Source of the DNA: Nitrosopumilus sp. | Lineage (GTDB): Archaea > Thermoproteota > Nitrososphaeria > Nitrososphaerales > Nitrosopumilaceae | Direction: 5' to 3' | DNA length: 64,000 nt | NCBI GenBank assembly: GCA_965238275.1 | Contig: OZ250186.1 | Span: forward strand, 1,856,001 to 1,920,000 | Part shown: positions 29,458-39,570 of the stretch, piece by piece | Layout of the letters: every line of letters begins with the position of its first letter | Position numbering within the stretch: position 1 is the first letter of the stretch | Notes under the pieces: generated by a model | The model's database searches: none | Told to the model about the DNA's origin: nothing | The model's input: the letters and a program-made list of their open reading frames with translations, nothing else | Translations under genes and position numbers: made by a program

Positions 29458-30669
29458 GGGTGTGTCCTAGTAATAAAAAACACCATCCCACATCCCTGAA
29501 TGCAGGGAGATACGGATGTCAGAATTCACGCGCGCCGGATCATGCCGTACCATCCGGACACCCGCAAGCAATAAAATCCCCCGAATCCAAGAATGATGCG
29601 CAGGCTCCGCTAGGAACGGCGCGATGCGAGACGCGCCCGTCATGCTGCGAGAGTTGCGATATGATCCTGTGTGAGCCTGCCATCTTTTGCCTGCGATCTG
29701 GCCACGAGCTCGATGTTGTAGCACATGGCGCGGATCGCAATCTCTTTTATCCGGTTCTCTTGTCTTCGGCACCGGGTGCAGTCCCCGTACATCTTCTTAA
29801 TGGCGGCAAAGACTGCCTCGATGATGCTGCGCTGGTGGTATTCCGAATCAAACCTGTCCCGGTCATCCATGTACAAGTCGACCATCTCGCGCCATGACTG
29901 GCTTCCCCTGGCGTTGCGTATGGTGTTGGACTTGGGCTTGATGCGGGGAACCATTCCCATTGCAGATATCATGTCGCACATGGCTCTTGCCAGGTACGCA
30001 GAATCCAGGCAAAAGCTGCCCGTGCCCCGGCCGAGCCTGCCTAGCATCGCGTACAGCCCGTTTATGTCTGCCACCGCGCCGTCAGTCACCAGGTGGTCGA
30101 TTATCACCCTGGTGCGGATGTCCACGACGGCGTGCAGCTTGATCCATCCCTTCCGGGTACGAAAGCCGTCGGTCCTGACATCAAACCACCTGACAAACCG
30201 CAGGTACGAGTACCCGGTGCTGTCTCCTGCCAGGGAACCTGCTCCCACGTCCCGGATGACGGTCCGGTGTGCCTCTGCCAGGTACCACTCCGGGATCAGG
30301 CAGTAGGCTCGGGCTATCGTGCTCTTGGAGGGGAACCTGTCCAGGCCCATCTTACCTGCCATGGTACCGTTGCTCCGGAGAATGCCGACCATCTTGCGGT
30401 AGGTTGTGCGTTGTGCCTCAAGCATGATGCAGACAGCTGCCATGGCGCTAGGCGGGTATGCCGTCATGCCGCCCAAGCCAGGCTTGACGGCGTACGGATC
30501 CCCAAGCTCTTTGATTATCCCCAGCATGGTGTTCAGTATGAGGCCCGGCAGGTACTGCTGAACCAAATCGTATTGTCGTTGATCACGTTTCTTTGTAGTC
30601 ATTAGACGATGCCGTGATCCGTCGATCCATATCTTTTGTCATCCGGGGGTATATGTCTAGGACACACCC
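29458..30669 (-). mobile_element. IS5-family element (type C, copy 1)
   Basis: TIR GGGTGTGTCCTAG; 9-bp TSD GAAACTTCC at 29449-57 and 30670-78. Confidence 0.94.
29640..30602 (-). CDS. IS5-family transposase
   Basis: GDSTG, WIKLH, LDSAY, YHQRSIIEAVF. Confidence 0.93.
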   Translation of the reverse strand: MTTKKRDQRQYDLVQQYLPGLILNTMLGIIKELGDPYAVKPGLGGMTAYPPSAMAAVCIMLEAQRTTYRKMVGILRSNGTMAGKMGLDRFPSKSTIARAYCLIPEWYLAEAHRTVIRDVGAGSLAGDSTGYSYLRFVRWFDVRTDGFRTRKGWIKLHAVVDIRTRVIIDHLVTDGAVADINGLYAMLGRLGRGTGSFCLDSAYLARAMCDMISAMGMVPRIKPKSNTIRNARGSQSWREMVDLYMDDRDRFDSEYHQRSIIEAVFAAIKKMYGDCTRCRRQENRIKEIAIRAMCYNIELVARSQAKDGRLTQDHIATLAA

Positions 30670-30678
30670 GAAACTTCC

Positions 30679-30694
30679 GAAAAGCATTATAAAC
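30679..30694 (+). promoter_or_regulatory. Archaeal BRE-TATA promoter of the 30715 gene
   Basis: GAAAAGC-ATTATAAA ~28 bp upstream of ATG, directly abutting the IS TSD. Confidence 0.6.
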
Positions 30695-30714
30695 AAAAGA
30701 ATTTCAAAAATTGT

Positions 30715-31023
30715 ATGAGTTCAAGGGAGTTTAGCGTTAATGGAAATGACTACGTGGTTGTCCTGACAGAACAAGTGATAGGACAGGTCAACAGCCTCAA
30801 GAGCCTGTACAACGTAGCCTACGAGGATCCTGAGAGTTTCGAGGACGTGAGTGCAGACATCTCCACTACGATTAATGCGATTGCAGAAAATGTAACCCCC
30901 GGTGCTCGAGACAGCGATCTGGACGGAGTAATACAGGAGATCATCCGGGCCGTTGACAATAAAAAGGAGGCAATTGAAAAGGAATTGAAGGGAAAGGACA
31001 AGCCTCCCAAATCTAAAAGATAG
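30715..31023 (+). CDS. Hypothetical protein
   Basis: 102-aa ORF with TATA box and normal protein composition. Confidence 0.8.
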   Translation: MSSREFSVNGNDYVVVLTEQVIGQVNSLKSLYNVAYEDPESFEDVSADISTTINAIAENVTPGARDSDLDGVIQEIIRAVDNKKEAIEKELKGKDKPPKSKR

Positions 31024-31292
31024 CCTTTAACCTCAAACTCATAAATAATCTGCCGCCGAAATATATTCATGCACGGGTGCCAGGATTATGTCCAAGAGTT
31101 GTGAGTGTGGCATATGCGATCATCACTACGAGTCGGACTGTCTTGAAAAGGAATGTCCGTGCTGTCTCAACTTTCACCAGAGATCCGGTCCCAAGCGCGG
31201 TCATCTGTAGCATGAGCATTTCTTTAGAACGTGCCTTGAGCATCCAAACAGCTTGTGATCCCGGCAGCCACACAAAATACAGGTCTTTTCAG

Positions 31293-31667
31293 TCACAGGG
31301 CACCTGCCATCTCTGCTGCCGCAGCCATCATCTTCCTGTCTTCAAGCGCCTCTAGTATCTTTAGCCGGATGTTCTTGATTCTGTGCGTGTCGGCAGGATA
31401 TATCTCAATTATGGTGTCGATCTCCTTTTCAAAGTAGTAGCTCTCCAGATAGTGCCGGAACTTTTTCTTCAGCGGACCAAAGTCAGACATCTGTATCCTG
31501 TCCTCTTCGATGTTATTTGAGATTACCCGTAAAAACCCGTTTATTCTCAGCAGCTCCATTTTGATCGAGTCGAGATCCCCGGGCCTGTCCTGGATTTCAC
31601 AGAGCGTGTCATAGGACTTGAGAATATGGCCGAGTATCCCCTTCAAATGCTCACCATGCGTAACCAT
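31293..31667 (-). CDS. Hypothetical helical protein
   Basis: 124-aa ORF; TTTAGATA upstream on the minus strand. Confidence 0.75.
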   Translation of the reverse strand: MVTHGEHLKGILGHILKSYDTLCEIQDRPGDLDSIKMELLRINGFLRVISNNIEEDRIQMSDFGPLKKKFRHYLESYYFEKEIDTIIEIYPADTHRIKNIRLKILEALEDRKMMAAAAEMAGAL

Positions 31668-31811
31668 GAGGATTTTTTGGGTTCATCTTATCTAAATTTT
31701 AAGACGCCGACGAGGGTCGCCCCTTTGCAGTTCCAGCCGGATCCGATTCCTGCAGAACAGGCCCCATCATTCAGGTCTGTAAAATAAATACTGCAGACAG
31801 ATACGTCTGTC

Positions 31812-32021
31812 ATGACATTGTCCGAACGGGAGAGAACGGTTGCCATCATTGCAAACGGAATTGCAGTGTACTCCCTACTGCAGGAGAGGGACGGCCTGCC
31901 CGAGGGAGTCACGCTGTACGACTTTGTTCTGAAGGTGGTTCCGGAGGATGCCAGGCGTGCACTGAGTGCAGGGCTCATTGACGAGGTGTTTGAGTATGTC
32001 TCGTCTGCACATAATTCATAA
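31812..32021 (+). CDS. Hypothetical protein
   Basis: 69-aa ORF; AAATAAATA ~30 bp upstream; precedes purP. Confidence 0.75.
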   Translation: MTLSERERTVAIIANGIAVYSLLQERDGLPEGVTLYDFVLKVVPEDARRALSAGLIDEVFEYVSSAHNS

Positions 32022-32050
32022 GGCACAGGACCCAATTCCGATTACAATTC

Positions 32051-33079
32051 ATGACTGCCATTGCAACGCTGGGCTCGCACTGTTCATTACAGGTACTAAA
32101 GGGAGCCAGGGACGAGGGATTTAAGACGATACTGGTCTGCGAGAAGAGGCGTCAGAGCCTGTACCGGAGGTTTCCATTCATCGACGAGATGGTGGTGGTG
32201 GATTCGTTTAGGGAGGTTCTTGAGCAGAGATGCCAGTCGGTTCTAGATGACAATGATGCGATCCTGATTCCGCACGGAACCCTGATAGCCCAGATGGGCT
32301 CCGGGGAGATCGAATCCATAAAGACGCCCGTCTTTGGGAACAAGTGGATTCTTCGATGGGAATCTGACAGGACGATGAAGGAGAGGCTCATGAGGGCAGC
32401 AGACCTTCCAATGCCAAGGCCGGTCACGAATCCCGAGGACATTGACAGAATGGTGATAGTAAAAAGACAAGGCGCCGCAGGCGGGAAGGGGTATTTCATT
32501 GCAGCCAATCCGCAGGACTATGACTCCAAAAGAAGGCAGCTTGTATCAGGGGGGATCATATCAGAGGATGAGACGCTGTACATTCAAGAGTATGCTGCAG
32601 GAGTGCTGGCATACCTGCAGTTCTTCTACTCGCCTGTCAGGGATGAGTTGGAGTTCTTTGGGGCTGATCAAAGGCATGAATCGGACATAGAGGGGCTGGC
32701 AAGGATACCGGCATCAGAACAGATGAAGGACAGCAGCAAGGTTCCCTCGTTTAACGTTATTGGGAACAGTCCGCTGGTACTCCGGGAGTCATTATTGGAC
32801 GAGGTGTACCGCATGGGCCAGAGGTTCGTTGATGCCTCAAGAAGACTCGTATCGCCTGGAATGAACGGGCCGTTCTGCATCGAGGGGGTCTATGATGAGA
32901 ATGCAAGGTTTACCTCCTTTGAGTTCTCGGCCAGAATTGTTGCAGGAACCAACATCTACATGGACGGCTCCCCGTACTATTCCCTTCTGTTTGACCAGCC
33001 CATGAGCATGGGCAGACGCATTGCAAGGGAGATAAGGGATGCTGCAGACTCGGACATGCTGGACAGCGTCACCACATAA
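32051..33079 (+). CDS. purP: PurP-family formate--AICAR ligase, paralogue 2
   Basis: IATLGSHCSLQVLKGARDEG, GGKGYF, LRESLL, FEFSARIVAGTN, MSMGRRIAREI. Confidence 0.92.
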   Translation: MTAIATLGSHCSLQVLKGARDEGFKTILVCEKRRQSLYRRFPFIDEMVVVDSFREVLEQRCQSVLDDNDAILIPHGTLIAQMGSGEIESIKTPVFGNKWILRWESDRTMKERLMRAADLPMPRPVTNPEDIDRMVIVKRQGAAGGKGYFIAANPQDYDSKRRQLVSGGIISEDETLYIQEYAAGVLAYLQFFYSPVRDELEFFGADQRHESDIEGLARIPASEQMKDSSKVPSFNVIGNSPLVLRESLLDEVYRMGQRFVDASRRLVSPGMNGPFCIEGVYDENARFTSFEFSARIVAGTNIYMDGSPYYSLLFDQPMSMGRRIAREIRDAADSDMLDSVTT

Positions 33080-33201
33080 TTCCAAGGGATGCGGCGGCCA
33101 TCGCGCAACAAAACTCATGAGTGCCGATTTGGCACCCGGGTACGAGACATACAGGATTCCATGCACAGCAGCTCCTGCCACCGCATGCATACATGCATGC
33201 G

Positions 33202-34649
33202 TAGTAATCGGATTAAAGATCCGGAAAAGCCCACTCACGTGATTTAGATCCATGGCAGCCCGGTGCACTCCCATGAGCATGCCGGCACGGGTTGCCGCAC
33301 CACTAATGATAACTTGCCCGATAATTTCCGGCAGGTCCAATCCTTCCCGTAGAATTTTCTGCTCAGGGCATGGCTCTCGGCAGGTTGCGGCGTTCGGATG
33401 CGGAGTGTCTGGGTACGATCACGCATTCAACGACCGGCGGGTCAGGCAGTGCGGTTTGGGGGTTCCACAGGTATGCGCCGCGCCTTCTTCCATGGCCCCC
33501 TCTGGGGGCCGATGGCCTCAAACACATAATGGATCAGTTTTGCTATGGCGACCTCCCCGCTGCGCAGCAGCTGTCTGATTCTCTTCTGCAGCTCGTCGAA
33601 TCCGCCAAAGAAGGTTGCCGACAGTGCCCCCTTGAGCTCCCTCCACTCCACCTCGATGGAATTGTGCTGCGGTGTGCGCGGGGGCAGAAACCGCCGAACC
33701 ACGTCGCCTTTCGTGCTCTCAATGTACCTGTTCATCTCCTGGCTGGTGTGGGCTCCGGCGTTGTCCATTATTGCGTAGACTTTTCCGTACTTCCGCCGAA
33801 GGTGCTCCAAAAGGGCCTTTGCGCTCCCCGTGTTGGCAGACTCGTGGAACTGTATGTCCAGCGTGCCCCTGCCAAGGGCTCCTGCGACCTTGACGGTCTT
33901 CTTGGAGCAGTTGGTCTTGACCGTGTCCCTGCCGCCCCTGCGCCGTATGCCGCGCCTGGAGGCGGGGGAGTCGGCAAATCCGGCAAAATCGATGAATACT
34001 ATCTTGAAGCCGTTCCTGTCATACTCCCTCACCTGCCTGACCGTCTCCTCCACATATTCCGCCAGATCCTTCGCCGTGGCCGAGTTGTACGGCACGGGCC
34101 TAACCCCCCTGACTGAAAAATTCATCCTGCGCGTCAGCTTGAGCGCGCCGCTGTCGCTGTACCTGATCCCAAACGCGTTCAGGATGCGGCGGGCGACGAG
34201 CCTGCCCGTCCACGTATCGCGGAAAAAGCCGCTCTCCGTGGGATCCTTGTCGACATCCCTGTCAAGGGCCGCCCACTGCTCATCGGACAGGCGGCACGGC
34301 CTGCCGGGGCTCTTGCGGTCGTGCCTGTGCTCCAGGCCGCCTTCCTCCAGCCGCAGCAGCCAGTCGTGTACGGTGCTGATCGCCACCCCGATGGCGTTTG
34401 ATATGCTCTCCAGGATCTCGCCTTTCTTTCGGCGCATGGCCGCCTGCAGCATGGTTCTGGTCTTTCCGTGGGGTTCCCCCCTGTGCAGCTGCTCAAGTTC
34501 GGGCAGGCCGATGTCCGGGAGGAACCCGTCCCCGCGTTTTACCCTTTTCGACCGATCCATGAGGGTGCCGGGCACGGCGCCGATCTTAGTGTTTCGGTTT
34601 GACCAATTGTATACGGTCGCTCTTTTCCGGATCTTTAATCCGATTACTA
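33202..34649 (-). mobile_element. IS630-family element, complete
   Basis: Perfect 28-bp inverted repeat TAGTAATCGGATTAAAGATCCGGAAAAG including the terminal TA. Confidence 0.93.
33442..34560 (-). CDS. IS630-family transposase
   Basis: HDRKSPGRP, WTG winged helix, FIDFA, MDNAGAH, LPPRTPQHNSIEVEW. Confidence 0.92.
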   Translation of the reverse strand: MDRSKRVKRGDGFLPDIGLPELEQLHRGEPHGKTRTMLQAAMRRKKGEILESISNAIGVAISTVHDWLLRLEEGGLEHRHDRKSPGRPCRLSDEQWAALDRDVDKDPTESGFFRDTWTGRLVARRILNAFGIRYSDSGALKLTRRMNFSVRGVRPVPYNSATAKDLAEYVEETVRQVREYDRNGFKIVFIDFAGFADSPASRRGIRRRGGRDTVKTNCSKKTVKVAGALGRGTLDIQFHESANTGSAKALLEHLRRKYGKVYAIMDNAGAHTSQEMNRYIESTKGDVVRRFLPPRTPQHNSIEVEWRELKGALSATFFGGFDELQKRIRQLLRSGEVAIAKLIHYVFEAIGPQRGPWKKARRIPVEPPNRTA

Positions 34650-34742
34650 TGCATACATGCACGCAAGGCATGGATGTCAGTTGCCATGCAAATTCGGTCG
34701 CGAGGACGGCGAGTCGGCCAATCAGATGTCAGCCGCTTGACT

Positions 34743-35078
34743 TTAGGCCGAACTGTTTGGATACAGGTTAAGGATCGGTGTCAGATTCTCCATGGTAATC
34801 TCCACCCTGCCAACCCGGCTTCTGTACTGCTTGATCTTCTTGCCATCTTCTGAAAAGACGTACCTGCTCACCTCTACAAGTGCAAGATCTTCCAACGTGG
34901 ACAGTGTCTTGTAGACAGTCGAAAGTGAGATTTGCAGCTCGTCGGCAATCTGGGTTGCATCCTTGGAGTGATCCTTGACAGAGAACAGTACCGCCCTTGT
35001 ACACACATTGCTAAGCGATCCTATTATCCTCTGGGTAATGTCCACTTCGGATAGCTGGATGATGCTTGGTTTTGCCAT
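34743..35078 (-). CDS. Winged-helix (ArsR-like) transcriptional regulator
   Basis: ATQIADELQISLSTVYKTLSTLEDLALV, wing DGKKIKQY. Confidence 0.88.
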   Translation of the reverse strand: MAKPSIIQLSEVDITQRIIGSLSNVCTRAVLFSVKDHSKDATQIADELQISLSTVYKTLSTLEDLALVEVSRYVFSEDGKKIKQYRSRVGRVEITMENLTPILNLYPNSSA

Positions 35079-35083
35079 GACCC

Positions 35084-35431
35084 CTAGTTTGGTATCAGAG
35101 TCAGGACGGGTTCGGATCTCTTAATGAAGATCTCGGCCCTCTGTACCCTGCTTCGATATATCTTGTACTTTCTTCCGCTGTCAGAGAGCATCCATTTTTC
35201 AACCTGGATCAGCGTAAGATCCTCAAGCTCGGTCAGTTTCTTGTATACTGAGCTGAGGGGAATTTTGAGTTTGCCAGACAGGTCAGCAGCCGTGCTTCCC
35301 TCCTTGACAATTGCAAACAGAATGGCGCGGGACTCAGCATTGGCTAGCGCCTCAATAACCTTCTGGGTGATATCATATCGCTTTAACTGCGGAAGCGTAA
35401 GTCGCCTAGACATACAGATAGTAGGGATCAA
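35084..35431 (-). CDS. Winged-helix (ArsR-like) transcriptional regulator, tandem paralogue
   Basis: AADLSGKLKIPLSSVYKKLTELEDLTLI, SGRKYKIY. Confidence 0.88.
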   Translation of the reverse strand: MIPTICMSRRLTLPQLKRYDITQKVIEALANAESRAILFAIVKEGSTAADLSGKLKIPLSSVYKKLTELEDLTLIQVEKWMLSDSGRKYKIYRSRVQRAEIFIKRSEPVLTLIPN

Positions 35432-35484
35432 TTCCGCATATTTAAACGAGGCGTTTTCATTCTCATTCTATGTTCTTAGAACAA

Positions 35485-36216
35485 CTATTCATACTGTCGG
35501 GTTCTCTGGACATCTGGTCGGAGCCGGATCCAAAACAGCCCCATAATGACCCCCACAGACGCCCAGAAGGCAGTAACCGTAAGGAATGACGCGGTCTGGA
35601 AGCTGCCGAGTAGATCCGTAGGGGAATCAGTCCCGACAGCATTCCCAGGCATTATAAGAAAGGTCACGGCAATCAGAACCACATAGCCTGCAAGGGATGC
35701 GATCTTTCTGTTTCCCTCAAACCGTCTTGACAGCCGGTAGAAGCCCAGCGCTCCGAATCCAGAGACCCCGATGACAGACAGGTACAGGACAGAACGCACA
35801 AGCAGCGTCTCGCCGTCTCCAGCACCTGGAAGGTCCGGCGGATACTTTAGGAATGGCACCACATACAGCGCGGCCCACATGATGCCTGCCAGGATTACGG
35901 ATCTCATCAGATCGTTTTTCCCGGGAAGGGATCGTCTGGACAGGGCAAACACGATTCCAAACAGTGCGCCTACTGAGATCCCATATATCACCCCTCCAAG
36001 AACCTGGCCGCCCTTCTGCCAGAGCCTGTAACTTTCATACTCTATCTGAAACTGATCCGCATCAGATATCTGGCCGGAAGCAAACAGGGCCTGGTTTTCG
36101 ATCTCGATTGCCTGATCAAGATACGGCACAACCACTGCGAGGTTTGCCACCCCGAATACAAGTCCGGCAAATGCCCCGGACGCTAGGACTATTAGAATAA
36201 AAAGGGATGTTCTCAT
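35485..36216 (-). CDS. cbtA: CbtA-family putative cobalt transporter subunit
   Basis: PYLDQAIEIE, VVPFLKYPPDLPG, multiple TMs; follows cbtB. Confidence 0.88.
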   Translation of the reverse strand: MRTSLFILIVLASGAFAGLVFGVANLAVVVPYLDQAIEIENQALFASGQISDADQFQIEYESYRLWQKGGQVLGGVIYGISVGALFGIVFALSRRSLPGKNDLMRSVILAGIMWAALYVVPFLKYPPDLPGAGDGETLLVRSVLYLSVIGVSGFGALGFYRLSRRFEGNRKIASLAGYVVLIAVTFLIMPGNAVGTDSPTDLLGSFQTASFLTVTAFWASVGVIMGLFWIRLRPDVQRTRQYE

Positions 36217-36228
36217 GGTGGCGTGCTC

Positions 36229-36448
36229 CTAGTGACAGGGAAAGCCGGCTGCGTGTCTCATGTCATGGGTAAGCTCATGTATGTAAAGATCAACAAATGC
36301 CTGCTCACCATACGGAAAAAACCAGACTGAACATGTGTCCCTGATCAAATCCCACAATGAACATTCCTGCAGCAAAGATTACAGCCAGTACGAACACTGC
36401 CAGTTTTGGGATTGGCCCGGATACATGGGTCTGTCTTGTTGTAGACAT
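36229..36448 (-). pseudogene. cbtB: CbtB-family cobalt transporter subunit, frameshifted at a T6 run (36316-36321)
   Basis: My translation: MSTTRQ...IVGFDQGHMFSLV / YGEQAFVDLYIHELTHDMRHAAGFPCH*; 220 nt, one base out of frame; absent from the ORF track. Confidence 0.88.
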
Positions 36449-36601
36449 GAAGGTTAACGTTTGGCGAATCTATTTAAGCTCTTGGATAATTTATCCAATT
36501 TATAAGCACAGCCTGCGACATGGCAGGTTCTACAGAATCAGTATCGGCTTGGAATCACCAAATAGGGGACACGCATTCGCAGGCAGGCACGCTGGGGCCA
36601 C

Positions 36602-37819
36602 GGCGTTGTCCAAACTTTGAACTGAAAATCAACGAAAAGCTTAAAGATCGCGGATCGCGCGCCGCTTAATGAACAAAAAACGTGATACAAACACGAAGCA
36701 CGGCAAGAACAAGAAACGATGCAAAAGCAAGAGCACCGACGCCAAGAAATGGGAACGTCCTGCCGGATACTACAAGGAATACGAGACAAGGAGAAGGGGT
36801 GAAGGCCACACAACCAGATTACGGATCAAGGCCCTCACCGCCCTGCTGCTTGAGATCTACCCGCTTGCCACTTCTGGCAATGTGCGTATGATCCCATACA
36901 TGGTATGCCTTGCAGACCGGGAGTTCCGCTGCCATTCATACCGTCAACATGTCTCATACCTGCAGACACATCAGGGAACACTGCACATGTATGGATTAAA
37001 AACCGTTCCATCAAAATCCTGCCTGCACCATGCATCCACCATAATCGCAGATTATGACTGGCTGCACGAAATAATAGAACGGCAGGCAGGATCCTACGCG
37101 CGCGGTTCCCTCCTGGGCGACTCCACGGGGGTCGCCATCAACCAGTACGCAGACTGGGAGGATGCCAAAAGGGGCCTCATCTCCAGACGCGGATTCGTCA
37201 AGCTGCATGTGGTGACTGATGTCAAGGGAAGAAAGATCGTCTCCTGCGCAGTCACCAGGGGACGCGCGCACGACTCTCCCGTATTCAGGGAGATGTTCGG
37301 GAAGGTTCCGGACGGTGCGGGATGCGTGATGCTTGATGCCGGGTATGATGCAGTCAAAAATTACAAGATGATCCGCGACGCAGGCAGGAAGCCGGTCATA
37401 TGCACCCGCAAGAACCACGTCGCAAAAGGATTCGGCCCGAGGGCAGAGATGATCAGGTGGCAAGAAAAGAACCCCGAAGAGTTTGAAACGACGTACCATC
37501 AACGCAGCATAGTGGAGTCGGTGTTCTCGTCATTCAAGTGCAGGTTCACCGCAGTGGTCCAAGCAAAGACGCTGCCGGCCCAAAGGCTGCAGCTGTTACT
37601 CAGGTGCGTCTGTTACAACCTGCTATCGTGATGTCATGGTGCAAGAATGCATGTCATGTGTCTAGCGTGTGCTATGCTTCCAGGCACGGTTCTGGCACCT
37701 GATGTATTCTGCCATGCCCTGGGCACGGAAAATCCCGCCAAATGAACGGAATCATAACCAATAAAACACGTGTAAATGAACAAAAAATGGGTCTGTAGAA
37801 CTAAGATTTGGACAACGCC
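36602..37819 (+). mobile_element. IS5-family element (type B2)
   Basis: TIR GGCGTTGTCCAAA; TSD TGGGGCCAC at 36593-36601 and 37820-28. Confidence 0.93.
36669..37631 (+). CDS. IS5-family transposase
   Basis: GDSTG, FVKLH, LDAGYD, YHQRSIVESVFS. Confidence 0.93.
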   Translation: MNKKRDTNTKHGKNKKRCKSKSTDAKKWERPAGYYKEYETRRRGEGHTTRLRIKALTALLLEIYPLATSGNVRMIPYMVCLADREFRCHSYRQHVSYLQTHQGTLHMYGLKTVPSKSCLHHASTIIADYDWLHEIIERQAGSYARGSLLGDSTGVAINQYADWEDAKRGLISRRGFVKLHVVTDVKGRKIVSCAVTRGRAHDSPVFREMFGKVPDGAGCVMLDAGYDAVKNYKMIRDAGRKPVICTRKNHVAKGFGPRAEMIRWQEKNPEEFETTYHQRSIVESVFSSFKCRFTAVVQAKTLPAQRLQLLLRCVCYNLLS

Positions 37820-37880
37820 TGGGGCCACAGGTTCTCCTGCATCATCGGTTGGTGACACAAAATCAGGATCTTCTCCAGAT

Positions 37881-38057
37881 TCACTCGTCTGGTCTGCGCA
37901 CCATTATGTCATCGCCGGAAATGACAAACTTTAGTTTGTCGGGATTGCCAAGCATTTCAAGTATCGGTTTTGGTATGTAGCTGTAGTTTGTCAGACGCTT
38001 CTCGTTTTTGATCACAGAAACGGTAAATTCCTTGGCGTCTTTGGCCCACTGGGTCAT
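37881..38057 (-). CDS. Small AbrB/SpoVT-like protein (58 aa), divergent from the IS6-like transposase
   Basis: My translation: MTQWAKDAKEFTVSVIKNEKRLTNYSYIPKPILEMLGNPDKLKFVISGDDIMVRRPDE*; below the ORF-track cutoff. Confidence 0.7.
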   Translation of the reverse strand: MTQWAKDAKEFTVSVIKNEKRLTNYSYIPKPILEMLGNPDKLKFVISGDDIMVRRPDE

Positions 38058-38128
38058 GAATTTTTTTTAGCTGCCTGTTATTTAAGACTGGTAGAAAGAT
38101 CTATGTAATAATACCAATTGGTTTATTT

Positions 38129-39274
38129 ATGAACAGGGCAAAACGCGCCAAAACGGCGGCAAGGCAGGGACAGGTGATCAGTGACGACCCAAAGCAGGTG
38201 AGGATGACCAATCTCAGACGATGGAATGTGGCATCGCAGTCTATTCCAGGACTGTGGTATCTGGTGATTCTTGGCTCTGCCGGGTTTGTATGCGCGTGCC
38301 AGCATTACGTCAATTGTGACGGCCTGTGCAAGCACGTGCGGGCAGTGGACGTGTTGCTTGGCCGGATGTGGGACCGGTGCAGGAACCAAAATACAATTGT
38401 CATTAGCATGCCTCAGACTGCATGCCACCATTGCAAGTCGACTGTGTTTGCACGCAACGGGCACCGACACAACGCGTACGGGCCGATCCGGCGGTACCGG
38501 TGTAAGCCGTGCGGCCGGACATTCTCCGGACGGCCGGGCTTCAAGAAGCGCCATGCCGGCCCAGAGGCGATATCCCGGGCACTCAGGGAGGCAGCGTACG
38601 GGCTGTCCTGCGCTGCGGTGCAGGCAGTGATGGCACAGGACGGAACAACCGTGCATTCAAGCACGATATACAGGTGGACTGCGCATTATTCGACGCTGAT
38701 GGATGAATATTCAAGGCGGCTGCAGCCGCGCACGAGCTACAAGTGGCACTGTGACGAGATACATTTCAAGGTTCGCGCGCAGGCGCGGTGGCTTTTTGCC
38801 GTCATGGACGGCGCCAGCAGGTTCATACTGTCCCATGACGTGTCTGAGACAAAACTCAACTACAGACCCGCCCCCCTGTTTGCAGCCGCAAGGAATCTGG
38901 CCGGAACCACCCCGTGGGTGCTGGTAACAGACGGCCTGCAGGCGTTTTGTCCTGCCGCCCGCAGGGCGTTTTGGAGACGCAACGGCTTCAGGCTGATCCA
39001 CGTCCGGGAGATTCACCTGAAGAACCGCTTCAGTCATAACAACAAGCACGAGAGGCTTAACGGTGAATTCAAGGATCGCATCAAGACCGCCCGCGAGTTC
39101 GGGACAGAAAGTCCCGCGCTTGTGCGGCTGATGATCGTCCACCACAACTTTTTCCGCCCCCATGGCGGCATTGGCAAAATTACACCCGCAGAGGCCGCAG
39201 GGATCGTCATATCTGGAACGGACAAGCAGATCATCCTCATCAGTAATGCAGCAGCTGCTGCAGCAGCAGCGTAG
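38129..39274 (+). CDS. IS6-like DDE transposase with N-terminal SWIM finger and IS1-like zinc ribbon
   Basis: CAC...CKH (SWIM), CHHC..YRCKPC, WHCDE, VTDGL, NNKHERLNG, HNFFRPH, TPAEAAG. Confidence 0.88.
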   Translation: MNRAKRAKTAARQGQVISDDPKQVRMTNLRRWNVASQSIPGLWYLVILGSAGFVCACQHYVNCDGLCKHVRAVDVLLGRMWDRCRNQNTIVISMPQTACHHCKSTVFARNGHRHNAYGPIRRYRCKPCGRTFSGRPGFKKRHAGPEAISRALREAAYGLSCAAVQAVMAQDGTTVHSSTIYRWTAHYSTLMDEYSRRLQPRTSYKWHCDEIHFKVRAQARWLFAVMDGASRFILSHDVSETKLNYRPAPLFAAARNLAGTTPWVLVTDGLQAFCPAARRAFWRRNGFRLIHVREIHLKNRFSHNNKHERLNGEFKDRIKTAREFGTESPALVRLMIVHHNFFRPHGGIGKITPAEAAGIVISGTDKQIILISNAAAAAAAA

Positions 39275-39318
39275 TCGCAGCAGCAGCAGTAGCAACGGCA
39301 GCTGTAGCAACGGCAGCG
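39248..39318. repeat. Degenerate (GCA)n tract spanning the transposase stop
   Basis: Encodes Ala8 and continues beyond TAG. Confidence 0.85.
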
Positions 39319-39345
39319 ACACACGTAGCCCAGACTGGCCTTGGC

Positions 39346-39399
39346 GTGATGGATGTCCCATCAATGCATGTCATGGCAATGACTGGGATTATCCATCAC
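39346..39399. other. Long imperfect inverted repeat (hairpin)
   Basis: GTGATGGAT-TCCCA-TCAATGC...GCAATGA-TGGGA-ATCCATCAC. Confidence 0.7.
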
Positions 39400-39570
39400 A
39401 ACTGGCAGATTCTCCCTAGAGGAATTATGATTTAATGGGGAATGGCATAACGGTGCGTAAAACAGCAAGTAAATCTGGAGAAGATCCTGAATTTGTGCCA
39501 CCAACCGATGATGCAGGAGAACCGGGGCCACACAATGTTTAAAAATAAGCCCAGCCCCTATTTTTCGATA

